Source: the human T2T-CHM13v2.0 reference genome, Homo sapiens | Assembly: GCF_009914755.1 (NCBI RefSeq) | Contig: NC_060931.1 | Strand: one strand, 5' to 3' | Length of the DNA stretch: 64,000 nucleotides | Shown here: in pieces, positions 28,831 through 44,690 of the stretch | How the letters are laid out: every line of letters starts with the position of its first letter | How positions within the stretch are numbered: the first letter of the stretch is position 1 | Notes under the pieces: generated by a model | Seen by the model: only the letters and a program-made list of their open reading frames with translations | What the model was told of the DNA's origin: nothing | Databases searched by the model: none | Made by a program: the position numbers and the translations under genes

Positions 28831-31449
28831 TCTGGGACTCACACAATTCTTGGAAGATTCCATTGTGCTTTCTAGCTTATTTTTGAATACTTTGAACGTC
28901 AAGTATTTCCCTAATCTCATGAGAAAATCCATTCAATTTTTAAATAGTTTTAATTATAATGAAATTCTTTCCCGCAGGGAGCTGAAACCTGCCCATGCAT
29001 GACATTTACCCATGGGTTATAATTTGAGCTTGAAATCCAACACACGCATGATCTTCTCTGCAGGAAAGATGTTCACATGACTAGGTGGCTGCTGTGTGGC
29101 CAGAGCGTTCTCTTTTCCCGGTTCACCTTTCTGGGTTCGTTCTGCTGCTCCTTTCTGTTACCCCATCTTCCTGCACCTCTATTCTTTATCCATGATTCGA
29201 CTCATCGTCTTGATTTATTTAACTCTGGGCACAGATTCCTGCCCTTCGCTTTGGGAAAATGACTCATCTCTTGTTCTTTCCAACCTGTGGATGAACATTG
29301 AAGATCTTGGTCTGTCACTCTGGAAACTCATGGAACAAACACTAGTGCAAGACACCCTGCCTGGAGATACATCTCCGGGTGGTAGGTAAGGGCATGATTC
29401 CCTAAGAAACAGTTCCCTGGCCTTTGACCAATTAGTTGAGAGGTATGTGTACCCATGGCCGTTCAAAACTTTATCAGAAAGAGAAATGGTTCTTTGTCTT
29501 TAAAAGAGACGTGCACACTCCTGTCCTGAATTGGACTGGCTGAATGATTCTGTAGCCCCATCCACTAGGCTAGCTGTGCCTGCGTGCAGCCAGACTGGAA
29601 AAGGCTGCTTCTCCTGCTGGCCGCATGGTCTCCTCCCATTTCATGCTGTCCCACATTCAGGCAGTTGCCTTGGATGCCTGTGTGGCTGAATAGACCTGGC
29701 CTACAGTTGGCCATTTTCAATGCGGTCCATTTGGTTTTATTCCCAATTCATTTTATTATTGATTTCTTTTAAGAAACAACACCTTACTCTGCTGTTGTCT
29801 AATTACTTCATGATCAAAGTAGTGCTTTCCTCAGTTTGTCTGCTCTGTTCAAAGCCCCTGTCATCAGTGAATACCAGTGGCTAAGCCAGAGGGATGCTGT
29901 TCCCTATAAATATGTATTGGAGATGGTCAAAGTGCAACACAAAGCTTTTTTGGCATGTGTTGAAGTGTGATAGCAACCACCTTCCACACCACGTTCTGTA
30001 TTTCTATTATTTGCCAATATGTAATACTTGGTAATAAAACCTTCACTGTTTTAAATAGTAAACAGTCTCTAATTTCACTTGAATTCAATATATTGCTTTT
30101 ATATTTCTTTATTTCTAATCCTAAATACACTGTAACTTTTCTGCTGTTTCACTTGGTAATGTAGTTTTTCTCCAGTAGGGAAGCACCACATGTTTAAGCA
30201 ATAAAACTTGTTTCCCAGATGTTCTACTTCTTTAAAACTACAGCAGCTAATTCACTTACATGTAAAGACTTTTGAAAAGTAGATCTTGCCATCTTCAAAT
30301 AGAAAATATGATTCTTCCTCCCACTTAAAAAAATGGTTATATATCATCCCAGTTAAATGGTTGATGGCAAACAATTTGCCTTGCATTCCTAGCTATTGGA
30401 CTCAGAGGTGACTGCATGAGAAACGTGACACCATGGAACTGAAGTGTTCTCCAAGTCAAAGAGAAAATTAGACATACATCCTTGTCCCTGACGACTGCCA
30501 CTGCAATAAATTGCATTCTGTTTCTTCCTGGAAAATTGACTAGGGTTTTGGAACATGAAGGCAAACATGTGCTGACCATGCCGCCAAAGAATGCCAGGAA
30601 GGAGGCAGAGAGGTGGCTGATCACGGGGATCCTTTTCTGCCCAGCTCCATGGTTGGATCTATGCTGTATGTGAGGACTGCTGGAGAAGGGAGTTGAGTCC
30701 AGGAGGAGGAACCCGAGGTTGTACTTTAGCAGTTTCCATAGTTCCCTTATGGCCCCATCGTCTTGGGGTGCTTCTGTTGCTTCACTTTCATTTTACCCTA
30801 GAAAATCACTGCAGCCTTCTTAGAACTCTACCCCAGTGGAATCCTCTTCTCTCCACAGTGCCATCCTGTCTGTTAGCTTTAGTGCAGGGAGAATCAGCTT
30901 CAGGTGTCACGAACAGAAGTCCAGGAGCATCAGGTGACTCCAAATCACTGTACCCTGGCAGAGGGGAACCACAGGATCATAAAAAAGACATGCAAATGAA
31001 AACACCACACTGCAGTTATTCATCTTTTAGGACATAGTGCCAGTCTCTGTGGAGCAAGACAGAGTTGCAGGAAAGAAATAGTCAAAGGTGTCTCTGTCCT
31101 TTCCAAAATAGCCATGAAATTTCAGTAGGGATATAAATTATGAATCAGATCCAATAAAGTGTAATGGCTGGATACTTGCTGTCATTAGAAAGGAAAGCTG
31201 CAAATGAATACTTGGACATATTCACAATTAGGTAAAAGATAGTAGATGATTTCTAGACCCTAAACTAGATGAGAAAGAATTTGTAATGTCCCACCAAGCC
31301 TAGGTAATTTAAAAGCAAAATGTGCTGTTTCTAGTTTCATGTGTTTTTTATCTCATTGACAAAGCATGCTTCCTATACAAAGCAATGAAAACAGAAATCA
31401 TTCAGGGATGGCAATAGTAAAAGCTGATAATTTAAAATAACTAAGGATC

Positions 31450-31600
31450 ACTATCATTATTATGATTGATACATCCTTCCAAATGCTTTGGTGATATTAT
31501 CTCATATAACCTTCCCAAGAACCACATTAGGCAGGATACTACCATTAAACCTATTTTTTAGCAACTGAGGCACACAGAGATTAATTTGGCCAAGATCTCA
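31450..31600 (-). mobile_element. MIR fragment
   Basis: attatctcatataaccttcccaagaacc..gcaactgaggcacacagagattaatttggccaagatc. Confidence 0.7.
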
Positions 31601-32456
31601 GAAAATTCAGAAAATAAATAAAATGAGTCATTTAGGATTTCATTACAGGGAGGCACTAGATTTAAAGAAAGTGCTTAGAATAGATCTCTCAAAGAAGATG
31701 TAAAGGGAATTTTAGAAAAATCAGGAATCATTAAAAGAAACATTACATTAGGGACATGAAGAGAGAAAAATGCCTGGAATGTTTTTGAAGAGTGTGTTTT
31801 CCAATCGTTTTCTTCAACTGATGTCTCCTCTTGATAACGCCTTGCATGACATTACGTTACACTTGGCAGTAAATTTAATATCATGTCTAAATTAGGTTAA
31901 TGTCATTTGTGGTGAAATTATATTTTAGTCTAGTTACTCTGTCAGCTTGATTGTCAGGTTTTTCTTTAAATGATAAGGTGAAAGAATGTGTAGAAGATGT
32001 AGACTATGTGAATAACCAAATGTATAAGCTTAATATAATTGATATTAATCCTGTACCCAAGCATTACTATAGATTTCTTCAAGTAACTGTAAAACATTTA
32101 TAAAAATTAACCATGTACTTCTTATGAGATAAATCTCAAGATATTTCAAAAATTAAAATAAAACATACCATAGTCAGCAATCACAATAAAATTAAAATTA
32201 ATATAAAAAGTAAAAACCAATGTTTGTAACCTAAAAAAATTCTCAATGGTTTTAGGATAATAACATGAATTATAACATTTAAAAAATATAATTAGAACTA
32301 AACGATTAAAATAAAGCATTGCAATAATGTATTAAGTGAAAACTGTATTAGATGAAACTTTATACCCTTAAAAGCTTATTGAGGTACAAAAATGGTAAAA
32401 ATCAAAGAGCTGACTGCCTACCATAAAAATTAGAAGACTAGCTAAAGAATAAATTG

Positions 32457-32775
<319 letters not shown>

Positions 32776-32926
32776 TTAAGAAAGAGATAGTAAACTAAAA
32801 TAAAGAACTAGGCACTAAAATAGGGAAATAAAACATAAAACATTGATAATGTCAAATATATATATTAATGATATAGATAAACTTGTGGTAACAATAACAT
32901 AGAAAAAAGAAGCATATACTGAAAAA

Positions 32927-33210
<284 letters not shown>

Positions 33211-35949
33211 CTATGAATAAAACAGGCCAATTATAGGTCAATCACTCTCATAAATATAAATTTAAAAATATTAACACAATCTTGATAAACCAACACAACA
33301 ATATATAAGAAATGTATTTTGTTTATTATCAAGGTTGATATATCTAAAACATCTATTACTGTAATTTGCCATATTAATAGGTTAAAAGTTTACGTACTAT
33401 ATAATATATGCACACATTATGTATATATTAAGAAATATATACATATGTCAACATAACATAACCATATCAATACATACAATATAGCCATATCAATAGGTGG
33501 GGATAAAAGCTCGATAAAGTTAAATGTCAGTACATGATACAGAGGGGAACTTCTTTTATAGATAAAGAGTACTTACCAAAATCCAAAGCAAACATTATAT
33601 ATAAAACAAGAACAAGACAACAAATACTAAGTATATCTACTATTTTTTCCATGTCATCCTGAAGAACCTACCTAAAACAGCAACAAATTTTTATTGCAAG
33701 CTGATCTAATTTTTTTCCACAAGCAAATCCCAAATAATTCATGAAGGGATTATTGCAATTAAAAAAGAGAGTTTTGAAAGTTTGCTGAAAATAAGAAACA
33801 TCTTTAAAAATAATGTATTTTTATATACCAAGAGCAAGAACAATATAATTTTAAAAAACTGCATTTATAATATCAAACTACAACAAACCTAAGGATAATA
33901 AAACATAGCTGTAGAGAAAATTTTAAAACTTTCATGTACATTAAAAAAACTATCACAATAAAATATTTTAGCAAGTTCAATGATATAAAATTCAGTATCT
34001 TAGTGTTGTTAGTTTTTTCATATTGTTTTGTATATAGTCTCAAATGCAATTCCACTCAAATCCTAATTAGAATCTCATATGAAAAGATGAGAACCAAACA
34101 ATAGTTAAAAGATATCCCTAAAGAAAAATTGAAAAGATATTTTTATAAAAAATATTCAATCTTTATATAAAATTACAGAAAATAAATAATGTTTATAAGG
34201 ACACAAACATAGATATAAATGGAACATAAGATAGAGACTCTAGAAAAAAGCTTATGTCTATGAAATCTAATATTTTATAGATAGATCATTATGGTCACGC
34301 TGAAAGAGGTAGCACTGAATTAACAATACTCAGATAATTTTTATCCATATGGAAAAGTAAATAAATTTAGAACTTTATCACACAAAACATAAAATTCAAT
34401 TCCAGGTGGATTAAAGACTTAAATATAAAAGGTAAAAACTTTAAAATATTTAAAAGAAAATGAGTATGTTTCTGTCATCTTGAAGTCACTATAGATTTCT
34501 AAATAAGATGCAAATATGTCAAAGTATCAAGGGAAAGACTGTCGAACATCAATCTCTTTAAATTAAAACTTTCTGTTGTAAAACTGTGATAAGGAATGTG
34601 AAAGACAGTCTAAAGTACAGAAAATAATTGCCACATATCAACTAAAAAAAGTCTAGCATACAGAATACATGAATGACAATGAAAAAATAAAAATGCTGGA
34701 TGAATTAGTGTTGGCTAACTACTAGAACAAACTACTCTAAAAATCTCAGTGACTTAACACAATACAGTTGTATTTGTCATTCATGTTTCATTCCAATTTC
34801 TCATTTGACTTGTGGCCTTCCAACTGGTGTCAGACAATGAGTCCCTTAATAATGACTCACCATAACCTGGGGCCTTAAATCCTTCACTAGATCTAGACTT
34901 TGTTGCGGGGTGATAATATATTTAAGATTTGGAGAAGAATGAAAGGAATTTTAGGGACAAATCTTGGGAGCAGTACATGTCCACCCACATTTCATGGCCC
35001 AGGCAAGAATTCATAGACAGATGTATATACGCACACAGACACATGGACCACACCTACTTGTTCAGGAAGACAGAGAGTTTGGTGAACAAACAAATTCAAT
35101 CAGGATTTGTATTGCAAATACTTGCAGCCCAATGGAAAAGTGGATAAGAATCATGACATAAATGTTTCAGAGAAGAAAAGAAAATGTCCAATAAAAATAT
35201 TTAAAATATTTTTAACCTCTTTGTAATCAAATAAATGTATATTAAAACCATAATGAATTAGGTAATATTTAACAGCCACTAGAAGAACAAAACGTTTTAA
35301 AGTTGTGTTAAGAATGTGAAACAACATAAATTCTTACATACTGACAGTGTCAGTACAAACGGATATCCCCATACTGGAAAACAATTTGAATGTATCCAGT
35401 AAGTTGAGGCCATGCCCCAAGTCCCACTTATTACCTGTCATAACAAAAATAAATAAATTTTTATTTCAATATTAAAAACTATAAATATTTGAAATGGTTA
35501 TTGAGAAGAACTTAGGTAAGTAAATTGCTGGGTAGTCACACAATGGATTTCAATGCATTAGTGAGAATGAAAAAAAATCTACCCATAAAAATGTGTGTGA
35601 CTATCAGCAAAATAATATGGAAAAAAATTGGTCACAAAAGCATACGTACAGTCAAAATTAAATTGCATTATACCAAAACACACACATTATAACCCTAACA
35701 GAAACAAAAGAATGATAAACAGGCATGCAAATGGTTATTTCTTTTTGGGGGCACATGTGGGGGAGCACAACCAAAGAAGACAAGAGGCTTTTATAATTTT
35801 GATGTTGTTATTCCTTAAGCTGAATGCTGGGTATATGCTGGTCCATTTTATTACACATTATACATACTGCACTTACGTATACTTCCTTTTATAAGCATAT
35901 GGTATTTTTTTAAGTAAATGCTGTTGGTCTAGATCAGAAAAAAGTGGCC

Positions 35950-37640
35950 AAATATATAGAAAAGGAACCTTGAATAGCCAAAGCAATCTTAAGAAAAAAA
36001 CAACAAACCTGCCTGCGTTACATTACCTGATTTCCAAATATACTGCAAAGCTATAATAATCAAAACAGCATAGGTATTGACATGTAAATAAACGTATAGA
36101 CTGGTAGAACCAATAGAATAGAGAGCCCAGAAATAATCCCATCCGTTTATAGTCAATTGACTTTTGACAAAGATGCCAAGAGAACAATGAATAAAGGGCA
36201 ATGTCTTCAATAAATGATACTGGGAAAATTGAATATCTACATGTAGAAGACCAAAATTAGACACTTATCTCACACCACATACAAACATCAACTCAAAATG
36301 AATTAAAGACTTAAATGTAAGACCTGAAACTATAAAACTACTAAAAGAAAATATAGGGGAAGAGCTTTATGACATAGGTCTGGGCTATGGTTTTTGGAGG
36401 GCGATAATATACCAAAAGTACAGGCCACAAAATCAAAAATAGAAAAATAAGACTACATCAAACTAAAAAGCCTTTGAACAGCAAAGAAAACAGTAAAGTG
36501 AATTGGAGAAAAAATTTGCAAATTATGCATCTAATAAGGGATTGATATCCAAAATACATAACAAACTTAAACAACTCAATAATAAGAAAACAAATAACCC
36601 ATTAAAAAAATTGGCAAAGGATCTGAATAAGAATTTCTCAAAAGAAGAATTACAAATAACCAAATGACATATGAAAGAAATGCCAAAATAACAAATTAAC
36701 ACATAAATGCAAATTAAAACCACAATAAGGGCCAGGAGCTCACACCTGTAATCTTAGCACTTTGGGAGGCTGAGGCAGAGAATTGCTTGAACCCAGGAGG
36801 CGGAGGTTGCAGTGAGCTGAGATCATGCCACTGCACTCCAGCCTGGGTGATAGAGCGAGACTCCATCTCAAAAAAAACCCAAAAAACAAAAACAAAAACA
36901 AAACAACAAAAAAACAAAAAGAAACACAATAAGCTATTACATAATACATGTTAGAATGGCTATTATTACAAAGATGAGAAAGATAAGTGTTGGTGATGAT
37001 GGGGAGAAAACAGAACTCTTGTATACTATTGGTGGGAATGGAAATAGTATATCCATATGGAAAACAGTATGGAGGTGCCTCAAAAAATTAAAAATAGGGC
37101 AATCATATGATCCAGCAATCCCACTAATAAGTGTTTCTTCAAAGAAATGACATCAGAATGTCAAAAAGACATTTTTTCTCCCAAGCTAATTGTAGCATTA
37201 TTCACAATAGCTGAAATACAAAATCAGTGTAAGTGTTCATCAAAGGATAAGTGGATAAAAATGTGGTATATATACACAATGGAATACTATTCAGCCTTTA
37301 AAAAGAATAAAATCCTGTCATTTGCAACAACATGAATGATCCTGGAGGACATTATGTTTAATGAAATAACACAGACATAGAAAGACAAATACCACAGCCT
37401 TTCACTTAGATGTGGAAGGTAAAAAATGTCAAACTCGTAGAAGCAGAGGGTAGAATGGTCATTACCAGGGGTTGAAGGTGTGGGTAACTGGCAAGGTTTT
37501 GGTCAAAGGATACAAAATCTGAGTTACATAGAAGTAAGTTCAAGAGATTGATTGTACAACATGGTGTCTATAGTATTGCATTCTTGAAATTGCCAAGTGA
37601 GTAGATTTTAAGTTTTCCCACTATAACAAAAAGAAAGAAA
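35950..37640 (+). mobile_element. L1MA-type 3' portion (ORF2 end plus 3'UTR)
   Basis: aatagccaaagcaatctt..; tgatccagcaatcccact; ggtcaaaggatacaaaat..gttcaagaga..gtacaacatggtg. Confidence 0.88.
36730..36920 (+). mobile_element. Monomer-length Alu (left-arm start fused to right-arm end)
   Basis: agcactttgggaggctgaggca|gagaattgcttgaacc. TSD aa(c/a)cacaataag. Confidence 0.88.
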
Positions 37641-39209
37641 ATTTAAAAATGAAAAAGTTTTCAAGATATTGGCCCTAAACTAGAGAATAAAATGACACGC
37701 AAATCACAAGGGTTGGCGCTAGCTTTAGACAGAAGAGGAAAGGGTTTCTGAGTTGTAATCAAAGGGAAAGAAAAGGAAAGAGTACACATAAAAACAAATA
37801 ACTATATTGGATAAAAAGGTAAGAAGTAAGAGGTACGATGTTGTTGATACTGAGTAATGATGAGGACATGATTTGGTAATTTCAAAAGCGTGAAAACCAT
37901 TTGAAAAAGTCATTTTGACATCTGGCTTCCAGTCCAAAATGTGAAGAGTTTGGAAGTCATGTCCTTTGATTCTCGCAACACTAAAAATGCTGAAATTCAA
38001 TTCTCTTGAGATCCATTGGATAACTGAGATCTCATCACATTCTGCAGTCTCTAAAAAAAGCTGGAAAGACAGGAGGATAAGGAAAGTCACAGCTCATCAG
38101 GAGCACCAACTAGTCAGAAGTGCTGATGGAGCCAGCCCTGGGTGAGAATGCTGACAGGGTAATGGACAAATTGCTGAACTGGGGTGGGCTAGCTTGGGAG
38201 ATTAAAATCTCTGGAGGCCCAGGCTAAATAAACATTAGAGTTTTAGAGTTTTACCTCTAGGTGCCCTATCTTGTTCTCATTGTGAATCTTATAGAAAAAT
38301 TCCCTTACATTTATGGCAGGGGAAGGAGAAAAATAGGCATTTTAAAATTAGACTGGAACACTGTGTGTTCCTATAGAAAGGACTGCACTCAGTGGGAACT
38401 ATTTTAAGAGTTTAACTGATACTGGAGAGGGAATTATCCAACTCAAGGTTTCAGATATGGGGGCCTTCCCATTTCCATCCTTCCCGTTTGACCTGAAAGT
38501 TGAAATAAACAAAACAAAACAAAACAAAAAACTCAGAAGTGCTTGTGAAGGTTGCACTCCAGGGACATAAGTTCAATAAAATATTGAGACCTAATTACAG
38601 TACTATAGAACACTTTTTCTACCCCCCCACGTCTTACTACTACGTGGATGGGCCCTACATAGTAATAGAGGATTATAGGAGAAAAAAACTGCAAAGCTTG
38701 GCCTCCTACTTCAAATGAAGCTCAAAGGAAACCAAAAACAGCAGGGGAGACAGCAATAAGACTCCAGAGGGAATTTTAGTCTCTGACACAGTTGGGTGCA
38801 GCAAACAGTCAACACAGCCTAACATCTAACCAGATAAAAAGAAAACAGTACTCTGAACACCTATTGAACTCAGCTCCCTTTACCGGATATATCGTGCCTG
38901 TCAATTGACAAAAATTTACAAGGCATGTAAAAGGCAAAATACACAGTGTGAGAAGATGTAGACAAATCCACTACTATACTTGGAGACCTCAGTACCCCTT
39001 TTGTATTATTTGACAGACCCAGCAGGCAGACATTCAGTAAAGTTAGAGTGCAACTGACCAGAAACATCAATCAACTGGATATAATTTACATTTGTAGAAT
39101 ACTTCATCCACCAACAACTGAAAACAAACTCCTCCGAAGTTCACATGGAACATCCACCAAGAATCTGGGTCACAAGACACATCTTAACAATATAAAACAA
39201 GAGAAATCA

Positions 39210-39596
<387 letters not shown>

Positions 39597-40564
39597 TCAA
39601 TTAAACAATACACTTCTACATAACACATGGATGAAAACTGACACAAGAGATTATACGAATATGTATTGAACTCAAGAAATAAATATACAACCTATAAAAA
39701 TATACAAGCTATAAATAATAAACAAAATAAAAATAAGTATACAATTTATAAAAATTTGTGAGATGCAGTGAAGGCAGAACTTAGAGGGAAATTGATAACA
39801 TTGAATGCATATATGAGAAAACATTAATGTAAACATTCTAAGCTTTCACCTTAAAACATTAGAAAAAGAAGAGCAAAGTAAATGCCAAATAAGCAAAAGA
39901 CAAGAAATAATAAAAATTTGGAACAGAAATCAATGAGGTAGAAAACAGAAAATTAACAGAAAAACAGAGAAATCAAAGTAATTGTAACCAAGAGCTCTTT
40001 CTTAGAAAAGATTAATAATATTGATAAATCTCTAACCAGAATCATTTAAGGGGGGAGGGAAAAAAAGGAAGGATAGAGATCGCTAATTTCAGAAATGAAT
40101 GAAGAGCCATTCGAACTGATCTCATGGACTTTAAAAAATAATAAAGAAATACTATTACCAACTTGATGCCTATAAATTTGATAACTGGAATGAAATAGAC
40201 CAATTACTTGAAGAGTCAATATACTAAAACTCACACCAGGAGAACAGATAATCTAAATGGGTCTACATCTGTTAAAGAAATTTTGTTAACAATCATTAAC
40301 CTTCCAAAACAGAAAACAGTCACATAGATGGTTTCATTTGTGAATTCTATAAAATGTTTAAGGAAGAAATTGTACCAATTCTGTATAATCTTTTCTAGGA
40401 AATGAAGAGGACACTTTCTAACTCATTCTGAGACCAGCATCACCATAATACCAAAACCAGAAAATAACACTACTAGGAAAGGGAATTATAGCTGATTACA
40501 GAACTGAGAGATTATCTCTCATGAATATAGAGGCAAAATCCTCAATAAAATTTTAGCAAATCAA

Positions 40565-40872
40565 ATCAATTCATGGATTAATAAATTAATGGATGAATGG
40601 GTTATTGTGGGAGTGGAACTGGTGGCTAAGAAGAGGAAGAGAGACCCGAGCAGGCACGCTCAGCCCCCTCACCATGTGATACCCCATGCGTCTTCAAGAC
40701 ACTGCAGTCCCCACCAGTGACAAGGCTCTCATCAGATGTGCCCCCTCAACCATGGACTTCCTAGTGTCTTAAGAAATAAATTCATTTTCTTTATAAATTA
40801 CCCAGTTTCAAGTTTTCTGTTGTAAGCAACAGAAAAAGAAAAACAAACAAACAAACAAAAAACTAAGATACA
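40565..40872 (+). mobile_element. MST-type MaLR LTR, 3' half
   Basis: aagaggaagagagacc..ccctcaccatgtgat..aaataaattcattttctttataaattacccagt. Confidence 0.8.
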
Positions 40873-42811
40873 CAACATATCTAACTGGGATTTATTCAGG
40901 TATGTAAGCGTGGGTCAACACTTGAAGATTAATTAATTCATCACATCATCAGGCTAAAGAAGAAAATCATATGATCAGATTACATCAATCAATGCAGAAA
41001 AATTATGTGACAAAACCTAGCACCTATTCATGAAAAAAAAATTAGAATTAGAGGGGAACTCCCACAACTTCATAAAGAACATCTACAAAAACCTCTAGCT
41101 AACATTATTCATAATAGTGAAAAACTATATTTGTTTCACCTAAAACCAAAAGCAAGCAAGACTGTCCCCTCTCACCAACCAATCATATTCGATTATTAAA
41201 AATACAAGCTAATACAATAAGTTAAAAAAGGAAATAAAATATATACAGATTGGAAAGGGAAAAATAAAATTATATCACAGAGGATATAATTGTATTAATT
41301 TAGAAAATACCAAAAGGTGACCAAAAAGCCCTCCTGGAAATAAAAAGCAATTATAACAAGGTCATAGAACATAATGTTAATATGTAATATTTAATTGCTT
41401 CCCATATACCAGAAATAGATATTTGAAATAACATGATTTACATTAGCATAGAAAACATATAAGCCTAACATCATATCAATAGGGTCCATATTCATAAAAC
41501 TGCATAACTCTGATGAAAGAAATCAAGTGAGATCTAAATAGATGGATGTTTTATCATGTTCTTGGATAGATTTATTATATTTATTGTATAAAATATCAAT
41601 TCTCCTCTAATTGAGCTATAAATTCAAGCTAATACTATTCAAAATCCTAGCAAGTTATTTTGTCAATATTAACAAATTGATTCTAAAGTTTATAAGGAAA
41701 AGTAAAAGACCAAGAATAGCCAACATAATACTTCAGAACAAAGTTGAGGAACTACCTACTTCAAGACTTACTATAAAGTTACAGTGATCAAAACAGTGTG
41801 TTGTTATCTAAGTAATAGACAAATTGTTCAATGGACAGAAGAGCAAGCTCAGAAATAAACCCACACAAATACAGTCAATGAATGTTTGACAAAAGACAAT
41901 AGGTGATTCAGTGGAAAAAAAGAACATTCTTTTCAATATTTGGTGCTAGAACAATTGTACATCCACATGAATCTATAAACAGCTCTTACACTTTTCACAA
42001 AAATGGATCATAGACCTAAATGTAAAATGCCAAATTAAACAACTTTTAGAAGATATCATAAAAGAAAGTCTAGATGACATAGGGTTGGGTGATGACTTTT
42101 TAGATATAGCACCAAAAACATGATCTCTGGGAAAAAGGTTGATCATATGAATTTCATTAAAATTAAAAACTTATGCTCTTCAAAAGACACTGTAAAAATA
42201 ATGAAAAGACAAATCACAGACTGAAATAAAATCTTTGCAAAAATATATACCTAATAAAAGATTGGTATAAAAGTACACAAAAACTATTTTAAATTAAGCA
42301 ACAAAACCCAATTACCAAATGGGCAAAAGATCTGAACAGACATCACATCAAAGAAGATATGTAGATGGCAAAGAAACATATGAAAAGATGCACATAGCAT
42401 ATGTCATCAGGGAATTGTAAACTCAAGTAACAGTGAGATGCCAGTACACTCATTAGAATGACTAAAATCCCAAACACTGACATCAAATGCTGATGAGGAC
42501 AGAAAGCAATGGCAACTCCCATTTATGTTGCTAGGTATTTATTAAATGAAACGAAAGCTTAGGACCACACAAAAGCCTGCTGACAATTGTTTATAGCACT
42601 TTATTCATAACTGCCAAGAATTAGGTGCAAACAAGCTGCCCATCAATAGGTAAACTGATAAACAAACTAAAGTACGTTTATATAATTGATTATCATTCAG
42701 TGATAAAGAGGAATACACTATCAAGCTACAAAATGACATAGAGAAATCTTAAATGCATTTTGCTAGGTGAAAAAAGCCAGCCCGAAAAGACTAAATGAGT
42801 GATTCTAACTA

Positions 42812-43043
42812 CAGTTTACCCTTGAACAATATGGGTTTGAACAGGTTCAAAAAATACATGTATCTTTTACAAACAAACTTGGACGTAAAACACATTATTG
42901 TGAAATGCAAAACGCACATATATGGGAGCCAGCTTTTCATCACACAGGTTTGAAGGGGCTGACTGCGAGACCTGAGTATGGTTGGATTTTGCTATATACC
43001 AGGGTCCTGGAACCAATCCCTTGCATATACCAAGGGATGCCTG
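42812..43043 (-). mobile_element. MER2-family (TcMar-Tigger) non-autonomous DNA element
   Basis: Ends cagtttacccttga and ggaaccaatccc..aagggatgcctg, flanked by TA. Confidence 0.8.
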
Positions 43044-43839
43044 TATATGACTTCTGAAAAAGGCACAACTCTGAAGGCAATAAAAAGATCTATCCATGCC
43101 AGAAGTTTAGGGAGAGGGATAAAACAATGTGAATAGGTGAAGTACAGGGACTATTTTGGACACTGAAACTATTTTGTATAATACTGTTATGGTGAATACA
43201 TGATAATATGCATTTGGCAAACCCACAGAACTGTACAACACTCTGTAAGCTATGGACCTTTGTTAATAATAATACAACAATATTCGTTCATCAATTGTAG
43301 CAAATTTACCACAGTAATGCAAGAAAGCAATAATAGGAGAAATTCTGTGAGAGATGAAAGGGGAGATGATATGTGAAGTCTTCACATTTTTTATACAAGT
43401 TATTGTAAGCCTAAAATTTCTCTAAAAATATGCCTATTTGTTTTAAAACAGTGATTGCTTGGGTCAAATTAGAGTAACTTAGTAGGATTATTCACAAATT
43501 TTGACAGTCCATTTTTGTTTGGTAATAATTTCTGGCATTTTTCAGTATCTTCTTATATAATTCTTTATTTATTTGCTGTGAGTGAGGTTTAACACAATGA
43601 AGGAAGATAGAAATCATTTAGGCCTGTGACTATAACAGATAGAGGTAACACAAAAGATATATAGTAAGAGGAATTGAGATGCTTGTAAAAATTTAGTGAA
43701 GTAATGGACCATAGAATCTAAGCCAGAAAAGGGAGACAGCTTATAGATTAAAGACAAAAGTAAAAGATTCAATGGATTGGAAGGATCCATTATATTAAAG
43801 AATGGTAGTATTTGGCATAGTTAAAAATGTAGCTAAGAG

Positions 43840-44690
43840 GGTTATAGCCCTAAGTGTAAAAAATAATACATGGGTTTATAATGTCTATAATTTTATAAAA
43901 ACATACATCATACACACATACATACAGAAATGGGGGAATATAGACTAAAATTTCTTGCAAAAAATTTTAAATAATATACAAAATACTCTATCCTACTAGA
44001 GGTGCTGCTTAATTTCAAACCCGCTAAATGTGGACTGAATTTAGTTACTTAATCCCAAAGAACACAGTATGGGAAGGGAAAGACAATAACTTTGCAGTGC
44101 AGACAAATACTACTTTATGACCTTATGCCAGTAATAATTATTACCTTCACCAGTATTGTCATGTAGATGCCATGTACCTCCAGACATGATGTGGTAGAAG
44201 GGCATTTCAGCTCTACAATATTCTTTGCAGAATTCCACAAAACTTGTCTAATCATAAGAAAAATGTTTATACAACTCAAATGATGGAACATTCTACAAAA
44301 TTCCTTGCCAGCACTCAAAATTGCTAAGATCATGAACGACAACAACAAAAAAGAAAAACAAACAAACAAAAAGACTGAAACAGTGTCACAGTCTCCTGGA
44401 GACTAAGGAAATGATGAGTAAATGCAATATGGTAAGTGGACTGCATCCTAGAAGAGAAGATGGACATTAATGAAAAACCGGTGGAATCCAAAGATTGGAA
44501 TTTAATTAGTAACAAAGTGCCAGTGTGGGTTTCTTAGTTTTGACAGATTATCACAACGTCTTAAGATAATAACATTATATAAACCAAAATTGAGTGTGGC
44601 ATATATGGAAATTTTCTGTAATACTTTTACCACATTTTTGTAAATGTAAAATTACCCCAAAATAAAAACTAGTTTGTATATTTTTAAATA
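43840..44690 (+). mobile_element. L1MC-type 3'UTR fragment
   Basis: caaaacttgtctaatcataagaaaa; gagactaaggaaatgatgagtaaatgcaat; ggtttcttagttttgaca. Confidence 0.7.
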
